DNA from: Sedimentisphaeraceae bacterium JB056
GTDB taxonomy: Bacteria; Planctomycetota; Phycisphaerae; Sedimentisphaerales; Sedimentisphaeraceae
Assembly (NCBI GenBank): GCA_044440125.1
Contig: JBITAJ010000018.1
Span: 117,233-181,232, forward strand
Direction of reading: 5' to 3'
Length of the DNA: 64,000 nt
The notes beneath the pieces are model-generated. The model saw only the letters and a program-made list of their open reading frames with translations. It did not search any database and was not told the DNA's origin. Shown piece after piece: positions 37,163-45,517 of this stretch; the first letter of the stretch is position 1; every line of letters starts with the position of its first letter. The position numbers were made by a program, and so were the translations under genes.

Positions 37163-38050
37163 GTGAATATAAAAAGGATTGGATTTATTGGAATGGGTAT
37201 AATGGGTGCCCCGATGGCCATAAATCTTATTAAGGCAGGCTTTCAGCTAACCGTCACTACTCGTACGAAGTCCAAGGCCTACCCAGTCATTGAGGCGGGT
37301 GCGGCATGGGTTGATACTCCTGCCCAGGCTGCAAAATGGGCTGACTTGGTTATATGCTGTGTTACCGATACTCCAGATGTTGAAAAAGTGCTTCTGGGCA
37401 GCGGCGGCGTGATTGAGCAGGCTCGCGTTGGTCTGATTTGCGTTGACATGTCTACGATTTCACCCTTTGCTACTGAAAAAATGGCAGGAACCCTTGCAGA
37501 GAAGGGTGTTAGTCTTATCGATGCCCCTATAAGCGGAGGGCAGATTGGAGCGGAAAAAGCGAAGCTTTCTATAATGGCTGGCGGCGAAAAGGCGGTCTTT
37601 GATAAGGTTATGCCTGTGTTCGAGGCTATGGGGCGTCAGATAACATACTGCGGCAAAAGCGGCAGCGGGCAGCGCACAAAGCTCGTTAATCAAGTTATGG
37701 TAGTTCATACGCTAATGAGTGCATGTGAAGGGCTGGCGTTTGCTAAAAAGGCCGGTCTTGATCTCCAAACTACTCACAACGCCACCAGTAAAGGAGCAGC
37801 AGGCAGCCACTCTCTCAATATTCTTGGTCAGAAAATAATTGATGGCGATATGAAACCGTCCTTCATGGTCGATCTCCAGATGAAGGATCTTCGCCTTGTT
37901 CTCGAATACGCAGACAGGATAAACCAGCCTCTGCCAGGAGTGGCTCTTGTCAAGCAGATGATGGCTTCGCTTCAGGCAAAGGGGAGAGGCCGTGACGGTA
38001 CGCAGTCGCTTTATGATGTAATAGTTGCTCTTGGCAGTGAGAATGACTAA
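37163..38050 (+). CDS. NAD(P)-dependent beta-hydroxyacid dehydrogenase (3-hydroxyisobutyrate/tartronate semialdehyde reductase family)
   Basis: IGFIGMGIMG, DMSTISP, DAPISGG, KLVNQ, F...L..KDL. Confidence 0.92.
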   Translation: MNIKRIGFIGMGIMGAPMAINLIKAGFQLTVTTRTKSKAYPVIEAGAAWVDTPAQAAKWADLVICCVTDTPDVEKVLLGSGGVIEQARVGLICVDMSTISPFATEKMAGTLAEKGVSLIDAPISGGQIGAEKAKLSIMAGGEKAVFDKVMPVFEAMGRQITYCGKSGSGQRTKLVNQVMVVHTLMSACEGLAFAKKAGLDLQTTHNATSKGAAGSHSLNILGQKIIDGDMKPSFMVDLQMKDLRLVLEYADRINQPLPGVALVKQMMASLQAKGRGRDGTQSLYDVIVALGSEND

Positions 38051-38184
38051 GAAAAACATGGATATTTAGCGTTGTTTTGGTATGATTAAGGCTGATTTTT
38101 AGAAAAATGACCGATTAACCGGGAAAAATATAAAATTATTTAAAAACAGCTTGACAAATCCCTGAAATAAGTTAATATCGATAT

Positions 38185-38309
38185 GTAATAAATATTCTTT
38201 TTTCTTCGAAGTGGTTAAGATGTTGAGACGAATGTTTATATCTTAGTTATTAATAAAATTTTTGAATTGTCTCAACAAGGCCGGTATCCAAAAGATGCCG
38301 GCCTTTTTT
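38185..38309 (+). ncRNA. Candidate small RNA or leader (own promoter, hairpin and terminator; no ORF)
   Basis: TTGACA (38151) and TAATAT (38173); stem TGTTGAGAC...GTCTCAACA; terminator GGCCGGTATC-caaaa-GATGCCGGCC-T6. Confidence 0.4.
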
Positions 38310-38348
38310 CTTGCCTATATTTAAAATTCTGACAGATTCGGCATAAAC

Positions 38349-40349
38349 TTGGACTCACTCGACAACAATAAAATAGATATAGAAGCGTTTTTCAGTTCCG
38401 GAGGCAAACTTTCTGAGGTTTCGAGCAGGTTTGAGCTTAGGGATGATCAGATCAAGATGGCGATGGCCGTTTCACGTTCGTTTGAAAAGGGATACCATCT
38501 GGCTGTTGAGGCAGGCACTGGAACTGGCAAAAGCTTTGCTTATCTGGTTCCGGCAATTGATTTTGCTGTGAACAACAATTGCAAGATTGTTATAAGTACC
38601 CATACCATTAACCTTCAGGAACAGTTGATCAATAAGGATTTGCCGCTTCTGGCTAAGGCGGTTGATGGCAGCTTCAAGGCCGTACTTGCTAAAGGTCGCG
38701 GCAATTATCTTTGTCAGAGACGTTTGAAATACACCCTTGACAACTCCCGCAGCCTTTTTGAAGAGGCTGATATTAATCTCAGAGACATACGCACATGGTC
38801 GCTTGAGACAAAGGACGGCACACTTTCAAGTATTCCCACAACCCCGCGAGGCGATATCTGGGATACCATCAAGAGTGAGCACGGAAATTGCAGCGGTCGA
38901 AGATGCCCGTATTATAATCAATGTTTCTATTGGAAGGCTCGCCGCAGCCTGGAAACTGCCGATATAATTGTGGCTAATCATGCTCTGCTTTTCAGCGATC
39001 TGTCGATGAAGGCGGCGGGGCTTGGCGTTCTGCCGGATTATGATGCGGTTATCATTGATGAGGCACACAACATAGAGCATGTAGCAGAAGAGCACTTTGG
39101 CATAAATCTTTCAAGTTGGACGATATCATATGTATTGCGAAGCCTCTACAACGATAAGACACACAAAGGCCTTCTCGCCGGAAAGAATATCGAGGATGTT
39201 GTTGAGCTGATGGATCAGGTCAAGGAGCAGTCAAAACTTTTCTTTGAGCAGGTTGGGCAGTGGTATCAGGACAACTATTCCTCAACTAACGGCAGGTGTT
39301 ATCCTGGTTTTGTAAATGACAGTCTTTCTGAGTCAATTCGTAAACTGCGTCTGGCCGTAAGCAGGCGTATTAAAGATGATGCAGACGATATTGAAGCTGG
39401 CGACTATCAGCTTGAGATTCAACGAAATGTCGACAGACTTCATGAGGTAGAGGAGAATATAAAAGCTTTCGTAAATCAGCCGCAACAGGAGGATAATGAG
39501 TATATTTATTGGGTTGAGGTTTCCGGCAGCAATTTCAGCAGGCGATACTATCTAAGAAGTGCACCTATAGAGGCAGGCAAAGACATAAAGAATTGCCTCT
39601 TCGATCGTTTCAATTCTGTCATTCTTACAAGTGCCACTCTTAGTTGCGGCAGTGATGATCAGGAATTCAAGTTCTTTGCATCTCGTGTTGGTCTCAGCGA
39701 TTACAACACGCTTATTCTCGGCTCGCCGTTCGATTATTACAATCAGGTTACTATGTATGTTGAGGCAGGCCTGCCCGAGCCGAACAGCCCCGATTTTCAG
39801 GAGCGTGCGATTGAGGCTATTGAAAAATATCTCATGCAGACAGAAGGCAAGGCATTCGTCCTTTTTACCAGCTATACAATGCTTAGGGCATTTGCCGACC
39901 AAATGGCTCCATGGCTTGCTGAAAATGGGTTTACGTTGCTTGAGCAGGGCAGCGGTATAAGCCGTTCAGAGCTTTTGAGCGAGTTTGTGGAGGATACCAA
40001 CAGTGTGCTTTTCGGCACCGATAGTTTCTGGCAGGGTGTTGATGTGCCGGGAGAGGCGTTGTCTAATGTGATAATCCTGCGTTTGCCGTTTGCCGTACCC
40101 AATCACCCGCTCATTCAAGGCAAGATCGAGAAGATACGAAAAGCCGGCGGTAATCCGTTCGTGCAGTATCAATTGCCATCGGCTATCATTAAATTCAAGC
40201 AGGGGTTTGGGCGTTTGATAAGGAATCGTCTTGATACAGGCATAGTTGCCGTACTCGACAGCCGAGTAGTAACAAAATACTACGGCAAAAAATTCATCTC
40301 ATCAATCCCGCAATGTAGAGTAGAGATCGTACGCCCCGAATTCTATTAG
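38349..40349 (+). CDS. DinG/YoaA family Fe-S helicase
   Basis: EAGTGTGKS, KGRGNYLC, C..RRCP....C, ANHALL, IIDEAH, TSATL, LFTSY, SFWQGVDVPG, QGFGRLIR. Confidence 0.93.
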   Translation: MDSLDNNKIDIEAFFSSGGKLSEVSSRFELRDDQIKMAMAVSRSFEKGYHLAVEAGTGTGKSFAYLVPAIDFAVNNNCKIVISTHTINLQEQLINKDLPLLAKAVDGSFKAVLAKGRGNYLCQRRLKYTLDNSRSLFEEADINLRDIRTWSLETKDGTLSSIPTTPRGDIWDTIKSEHGNCSGRRCPYYNQCFYWKARRSLETADIIVANHALLFSDLSMKAAGLGVLPDYDAVIIDEAHNIEHVAEEHFGINLSSWTISYVLRSLYNDKTHKGLLAGKNIEDVVELMDQVKEQSKLFFEQVGQWYQDNYSSTNGRCYPGFVNDSLSESIRKLRLAVSRRIKDDADDIEAGDYQLEIQRNVDRLHEVEENIKAFVNQPQQEDNEYIYWVEVSGSNFSRRYYLRSAPIEAGKDIKNCLFDRFNSVILTSATLSCGSDDQEFKFFASRVGLSDYNTLILGSPFDYYNQVTMYVEAGLPEPNSPDFQERAIEAIEKYLMQTEGKAFVLFTSYTMLRAFADQMAPWLAENGFTLLEQGSGISRSELLSEFVEDTNSVLFGTDSFWQGVDVPGEALSNVIILRLPFAVPNHPLIQGKIEKIRKAGGNPFVQYQLPSAIIKFKQGFGRLIRNRLDTGIVAVLDSRVVTKYYGKKFISSIPQCRVEIVRPEFY

Positions 40350-40477
40350 CAGCGTAGCCAGTTTGATCAGGCTGGTTCTTATGTGAAGGAATTTATGATT
40401 AGGTGTTGTATTTATATTTTCTGTTGTTATTATTTTACCATAGTTATTCATTTGTTAATTATGCAAGGGATTGAATT

Positions 40478-41623
40478 ATGGATGAGCAGGAAAAGACAGC
40501 GACAGTTAATCAAGAAGCTAAAGATATGCAGGCTTATGCACCGGAGAAAAGAATAAAGATGAAGCCCTCAAAGAGGTTGCCCTTATTCAATAAATTGATG
40601 CTCATTTTCTTTGTCTTTTTGCTGTTTGGAGCGGGGTTTATTGGTCTGAAATCGCTTGGATTCGTTATCGACAAACAATTTGTTGGAAGCTATGATTTAG
40701 AGTTTGTTGGCCACGATATTCAGGATTATGCACACAAGCATAACGGCCAATTTCCGCCTGCGGATAGCTGGAACGACGTACTTCTTGAAGACGAGGATAC
40801 ATCATCTGGTTCGTTTGGGTTTGAGGATTATGCTATTAATCCTGAAGCTGTAAGGCTTGGCCCTGATGCACCGGATGATATGGTTCTCCTTTTCAGCATA
40901 ACGCCTGAGGGTGAAAATGTATCGGGCGGATTGGAACTTATGCAGAAAAACAAATGGAGCCGCTCACATATTTTGTTCGTGAATTACGACAGAAAATGGG
41001 TGCGTAAATCAAAGGCTTCTTATCTGCGGTGGGGTCTTGATAGAAATATTGAACCGAATGAGAGTAATATTGGGCGTTCAAGTACTATATTGAGCATTAC
41101 ATGTCTTGTACCGTTTTTGTTTATTCTTTCAGGGTGTATCCGCTATTTCAGGAAATACGCTTTATCCTGCCTGCTGATTACCGCAGCTTCAATGGGGCTT
41201 GGGGCATATCTTGGATTTGCTGCCGAGGACGCTTTGTACCGGATATATTCATTGGATGATTTTACTAATTCCGGCTGGATTATCGGGGCAATTTCAGGAG
41301 CTATGGTTGCGGTTTGTTATATGCTTTTGCTTGCAAGAAAGGCGGAAAAATGTCTGCCCGATATCGGCCTAATTGGCTATGGAACAATGTCGGGAGTGCC
41401 GGCGGGTGTTATATGTGCGGCCGTTACGCATGGGTACCTGATGGTTTTTTACGAAGAGTTTAACCTTGCTTATCTTGGTATAGGTATTGGTTTTGGTGCT
41501 GTTGCTGGAATTGTACTCGGATTCTTAGGCAGCTGGCTGGTTACATTATCGTGCAGAAAGAGACTTGCCGCGGCGCATGCAGTGGACGAGAGTGGTGGGG
41601 AGTGTGCAAATGAGAGTTCGTGA
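40478..41623 (+). CDS. Hypothetical polytopic membrane protein with one extracytoplasmic domain
   Basis: N-terminal TM, about 150-aa soluble region, about 5 C-terminal TM helices. Confidence 0.65.
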   Translation: MDEQEKTATVNQEAKDMQAYAPEKRIKMKPSKRLPLFNKLMLIFFVFLLFGAGFIGLKSLGFVIDKQFVGSYDLEFVGHDIQDYAHKHNGQFPPADSWNDVLLEDEDTSSGSFGFEDYAINPEAVRLGPDAPDDMVLLFSITPEGENVSGGLELMQKNKWSRSHILFVNYDRKWVRKSKASYLRWGLDRNIEPNESNIGRSSTILSITCLVPFLFILSGCIRYFRKYALSCLLITAASMGLGAYLGFAAEDALYRIYSLDDFTNSGWIIGAISGAMVAVCYMLLLARKAEKCLPDIGLIGYGTMSGVPAGVICAAVTHGYLMVFYEEFNLAYLGIGIGFGAVAGIVLGFLGSWLVTLSCRKRLAAAHAVDESGGECANESS

Positions 41624-42833
41624 CTGGATCAGGTTGCTGCCTGTGTTTGGCAGATGCTTGCTGCGGCTTCCTGCTTCGCATTTGCTGTATCTTGCAGGGC
41701 AGTTCAGGAATGAAAATCCACATCGGCATGGGGGGAAACTTTTTATCAATACTTTTTTCCCGCCGTATCCTTCCAAGGCGTTTGATCGTTTTCTCGATGC
41801 CGTGATATGCAGAAACCGCATACCGTTCTCGACGTATTTTGCTGTTACGGACGCGTGTCCCTACAACTGCCGTCATTGCAGCTACGGACGGCATAAAAGC
41901 GGCAGACTTTCCACCGAGGATGCGGCCCGGGTCGTCGAGCAAATAAAAAAACTGGGAGCATGCACGATAGGTTTTACCGGAGGCGAACCGCTTTTGCGCG
42001 ATGATATAGCCCGGCTTGTTCGAATTGTCGGCGACGATGCGGCGTCGATAATCTTTACTACCGGGTTTTCGCTCGATGATGATAAAGCGGCCGAGCTTAA
42101 GGATGCCGGTCTCGATTCGCTGATGATCGGGATGGAAGCTGCAGATGCGAAAGGCCATGACACGGTCAGAGGGGTTGCCGGCTCGTTCGAGAGGGCGATG
42201 GAGGCGATCGGGATTTCTCAAAAGGCAGGGCTTTATACGGCGATATCGACCGTGGCGACCAGGGAGAAGATAAGCAGCGGCGAGATCGGGAAGCTTGCCG
42301 GGCTTGCCGAAGAGAACGGGGTGCATGAGTTCCGTATTCTCGAGCCTGTGCCGACCGGCAGCTTTCATGATTGTGCCGATGAGATATTAACCGACGAAGA
42401 ATCAAGGCAGCTCTCGGAACTGCATAAAAACTGGAACCGCAGAAATGGCGATACTGCTATATCAAGCTTTTCATACCTGGAGTCGGGCGAGATGTTCGGC
42501 TGCGGGGCAGGGTTTCATCATTTGTTCATCGATGCGCTGGGGAATGTCTGCCCGTGTGATCTTACGCCGCTTTCGTTCGGTAATGCTGTCAGCGAGCCGC
42601 TGGAAGATATCTGGCGGCAGATGGGGGCGTTTTTCGGTCTGCCGAGAAGTGAGTGTCTTATGAAAGAGGTATGCGGCAAGAGCAACTGTCTTGCCAATGC
42701 AGCAGAGTTTCCGCTTAGTCCGCAAGAAAGCCAGCGTCTGTGCAGCACTTTGGGCAAGCAGGAGCTGCCGAAGGTTTACCGGAACCTTTTCAAGGGCCGT
42801 AAACCATCATATCAGCCATTGAACCGGCCGTGA
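41610..42833 (+). CDS. Radical SAM protein with SPASM/twitch-type C-terminal domain
   Basis: CPYNCRHC, FTGGEPLLR, C.AG......D..G.V.PC; ATG 41610 after GGGAG. Confidence 0.9.
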   Translation: MRVRDWIRLLPVFGRCLLRLPASHLLYLAGQFRNENPHRHGGKLFINTFFPPYPSKAFDRFLDAVICRNRIPFSTYFAVTDACPYNCRHCSYGRHKSGRLSTEDAARVVEQIKKLGACTIGFTGGEPLLRDDIARLVRIVGDDAASIIFTTGFSLDDDKAAELKDAGLDSLMIGMEAADAKGHDTVRGVAGSFERAMEAIGISQKAGLYTAISTVATREKISSGEIGKLAGLAEENGVHEFRILEPVPTGSFHDCADEILTDEESRQLSELHKNWNRRNGDTAISSFSYLESGEMFGCGAGFHHLFIDALGNVCPCDLTPLSFGNAVSEPLEDIWRQMGAFFGLPRSECLMKEVCGKSNCLANAAEFPLSPQESQRLCSTLGKQELPKVYRNLFKGRKPSYQPLNRP

Positions 42834-43626
42834 TGATGAATATTTCCGCATAGATAAAGCGTATGGCGATTTCGGGCTTGCGGAATGTTGAGAGTACGGC
42901 AAGAATAATCGCCGCGGCAGAAGCGGCCAGATAGATAAGGTCGCAGTATCCGAGTATGAAGGGAAGCAGCGTTAGCAGGCCGGCGGTCAGTATTGATGTT
43001 CGTGCGAATACGGAAAATGCCCTGCTGTCGCAGTAGTTGCAGTCTAATCCGCGTATCCTGCTGTCGCCGTGCATGTCGCGGATGTCTTTAAGCATTTCAT
43101 ATCCCAGCGATGAGAGAAAAATCCAGAAGGGGTGAATCAAAAGCACATTGAGACGGGGTGAGGATACGGGGCTTGTCAGCGTGAGGGCCAGCGGATAAAG
43201 CGAGGTCATAAGAGAGGCAACGAGTATATCCTTGAATATTCCTATGCGTTTTGATCGCAGGTCGTAGAGCACAAGCATAAAGGCAATAGTCGAAATTGCG
43301 AAAAAAAACGGCAGTCCGCAAAATGCTCCCGCTGTCAATCCTATCAGAAAAAGGAATACAGAGAACCGCACGGCCGGCTTTCTGCCCAGCTTTCCCGCGG
43401 CAAGTACGCGCCTGGGGCAGTTTATTCTGTCGATCTCGATGTCGCAAATATCGTTGAGGCAATACCCGGCTGAAATGACCGAGGCCAGCGAAATGCAGGA
43501 TAGGGCGAGCTTGCCTGTTATTAGGGAGAGATTTCCTGCCGTGAGGTAGTAGAGGATCACTACGAAGCCTGCCGTCAGGGGCAGGGCGTAATATAGCCGC
43601 ATTAGTTTCAGCAGAGAGATCATCAT
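42790..43626 (-). CDS. UbiA family prenyltransferase (DGGGP-synthase-like motifs)
   Basis: NDICDIEIDRIN.P.R and EMLKDIRD..GD Asp-rich motifs; multiple TM helices. Confidence 0.88.
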   Translation of the reverse strand: MMISLLKLMRLYYALPLTAGFVVILYYLTAGNLSLITGKLALSCISLASVISAGYCLNDICDIEIDRINCPRRVLAAGKLGRKPAVRFSVFLFLIGLTAGAFCGLPFFFAISTIAFMLVLYDLRSKRIGIFKDILVASLMTSLYPLALTLTSPVSSPRLNVLLIHPFWIFLSSLGYEMLKDIRDMHGDSRIRGLDCNYCDSRAFSVFARTSILTAGLLTLLPFILGYCDLIYLAASAAAIILAVLSTFRKPEIAIRFIYAEIFIITAGSMADMMVYGP

Positions 43627-44495
43627 TTTCGTGCTATGCCTGCAAGATAGCGATGAGTTATTTTAATGCCCTGGGGCGTCATACATTTTTCTTCCACGAT
43701 CTCGGCGAATCTGTTGAATATGAGCTCTTCGTCTTCGTCGGCTGCGGCGTACTCAAAACCTGCCGCGGCGCCGGTTGCCCTGAGCCGTTCGATGGCTTCG
43801 GTGCCGGAGGCGACGGTGTAGGATTTACTGCCGTCATCGCTGTAGAGGGTTTTCATATTGAGAAGGCGGAAAAACATTCTGAGCGAGAATGAGCCAGGCA
43901 GAAACCTGAACCGCATCAGGTTGCGAAGTTTACCGGGCTGTTCGGCGAAAGTGAGGAACGAGCAGCGGATTATCTCTTTGATCGAAAACAGCGAGTTGTC
44001 GATGATGGCGATGCAGCCGCCGGGTTTTAGTACCCGCTTAATCTGGCGGAGAAGGGCAAGCGGTTTCGAATAGCCCATTCCCCAGCAGCAGGTTATTACG
44101 TCGATGCTCGATGGCTCGCATTTTTTGAGATATTCCAATACATCCGACTGTATGAATTCGCACCTGTCGCCATAGTTGAGCCTCGCCTGGTGCAGCATTC
44201 CTGCTGAACGGTCCACGCCGGTAACTTTCGTTTTTACTTTTTGAGCGAGAAGGTTGGTCGCAAAGCCGGTGCCGCAGGTGAGATCGAGGCATATATGCCC
44301 CTCTCTTAACGGCGTTTTTCCGATAAGAGCTTCGGTGAGTTCCCGCATATGGCTGGTCCAGGTGTGGTCGTAGCCGCTGCTTATTCGGTCATAGCTTTTC
44401 TCGACGAGCGAGCTGCAGTCGGTCGGCCTGATAAGGAAAAGGCGGATCATTCTGGCGATCATTGCGGGATAATGTTTTCGCGGCCTTTTGTTCAT
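43623..44495 (-). CDS. Class I SAM-dependent methyltransferase
   Basis: LDLTCGTG, GVD.S.GML, VLKPGG; ATGA overlap with the UbiA gene. Confidence 0.9.
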   Translation of the reverse strand: MNKRPRKHYPAMIARMIRLFLIRPTDCSSLVEKSYDRISSGYDHTWTSHMRELTEALIGKTPLREGHICLDLTCGTGFATNLLAQKVKTKVTGVDRSAGMLHQARLNYGDRCEFIQSDVLEYLKKCEPSSIDVITCCWGMGYSKPLALLRQIKRVLKPGGCIAIIDNSLFSIKEIIRCSFLTFAEQPGKLRNLMRFRFLPGSFSLRMFFRLLNMKTLYSDDGSKSYTVASGTEAIERLRATGAAAGFEYAAADEDEELIFNRFAEIVEEKCMTPQGIKITHRYLAGIARK

Positions 44496-44505
44496 GTTAC
44501 ATCTG

Positions 44506-45207
44506 CTATATAAGCGTTTCTGGGTTTTCGAGTTGGGTTTTTATGCAGTTCAGGAATTTTGCGGCGTAGTCGGGCGATACTATTCTTCTATCCACCGCTA
44601 ACGTCAGTGATATCAGCTTGCGTACCTTTATGTCTCCGTCAATGACCACAAGCTCATCTTCTGGTTTTCCTATCGCAAGAATACTCGGCATATCTGGGGG
44701 CAGTATCGCTATGAACGCTTCGATTCCGAACATGCCAAGGCCGCTGAGTGCAATAGTGGCATCGCTCATCTGCTGCAGTGTTAATTTGCCAGCTTTGGCC
44801 TGCTGTGTCAGCAGTGCGCTGTCATTGGCTATCTCGGCGATATTTTTCTTATCGGTTGCTTTTACAACAGGTACAAAAAGTTTATCGTCGGGTCCGGCCA
44901 CAGCAAACCCTATATTCACATTTTTCGATATTTCTATCGTCTGATTTTTGATTCGTCCTGCCAGAAGCGGGTATTCACAAGTCGCATTACTCATTGCCAT
45001 GAAAAAGAAGTCATTGGTGGTTAGCCGAGCCTTTAATTTTCTCGATGCTTTTCTGCGAAATTTACTAAGATTGGTGATGTCAGCCTTCATATTGATGTAA
45101 AAGCAGGGTTGGTTGCGTTTGGAATAAACCATTCGCTTACCTATAACCTTTTGAATATTTGTCAGCTCAATTTTATTCTTTTCTTGCTTTTTATCCATAT
45201 TAACCAC
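44506..45207 (-). CDS. Stand-alone 2-oxoacid dehydrogenase E2 catalytic-domain homolog with degenerate active site
   Basis: NIGFAVA....LFVPVVK, LGMFG, AIL.P....ILAIG; DHRxxDG replaced by DRRIVSP; no lipoyl domain. Confidence 0.8.
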   Translation of the reverse strand: MVNMDKKQEKNKIELTNIQKVIGKRMVYSKRNQPCFYINMKADITNLSKFRRKASRKLKARLTTNDFFFMAMSNATCEYPLLAGRIKNQTIEISKNVNIGFAVAGPDDKLFVPVVKATDKKNIAEIANDSALLTQQAKAGKLTLQQMSDATIALSGLGMFGIEAFIAILPPDMPSILAIGKPEDELVVIDGDIKVRKLISLTLAVDRRIVSPDYAAKFLNCIKTQLENPETLI

Positions 45208-45517
45208 AGTTGGGCTGAGTTTCTCGTAAAGTTGTTTGTTTACATCCGTTTCGGTGCCCAGATTATAGGGATATGCCCTCCTACTTCAATAAATAAATTG
45301 TCAATTAAAATTTAGTCTCTAATTGTTTAGAAGGCTTAAGTTGTGTGATGTTTTTTCGTGTAATGCAAACATATTGTTGGAATTCTGGATATTTGTGTTA
45401 TAATCAAATATGATGGTAGGACATTTACTGTAGATTTAAGCTCCTTGTCGTTTTAAGGTGTCTTATGCCTTCTCTGTTAGTATATTTCTGCGAGATTAGC
45501 TATTGGAGGGTTTACAG

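Noticed and set aside
41541..42368. 275-aa antisense ORF and other long shadow ORFs (e.g. 48184-48876, 28315-28944, 52173-52820)
   Set aside because: They lie opposite well-supported genes, have no motifs, and are expected from codon bias, especially in the GC-richer block.
41610..42833. Tetraether/membrane-spanning lipid synthase (Tes/Mss) identity for the radical SAM
   Set aside because: It lacks the N-terminal CPxC metal-binding domain of Tes and is shorter; only a generic SPASM-type call is supportable.
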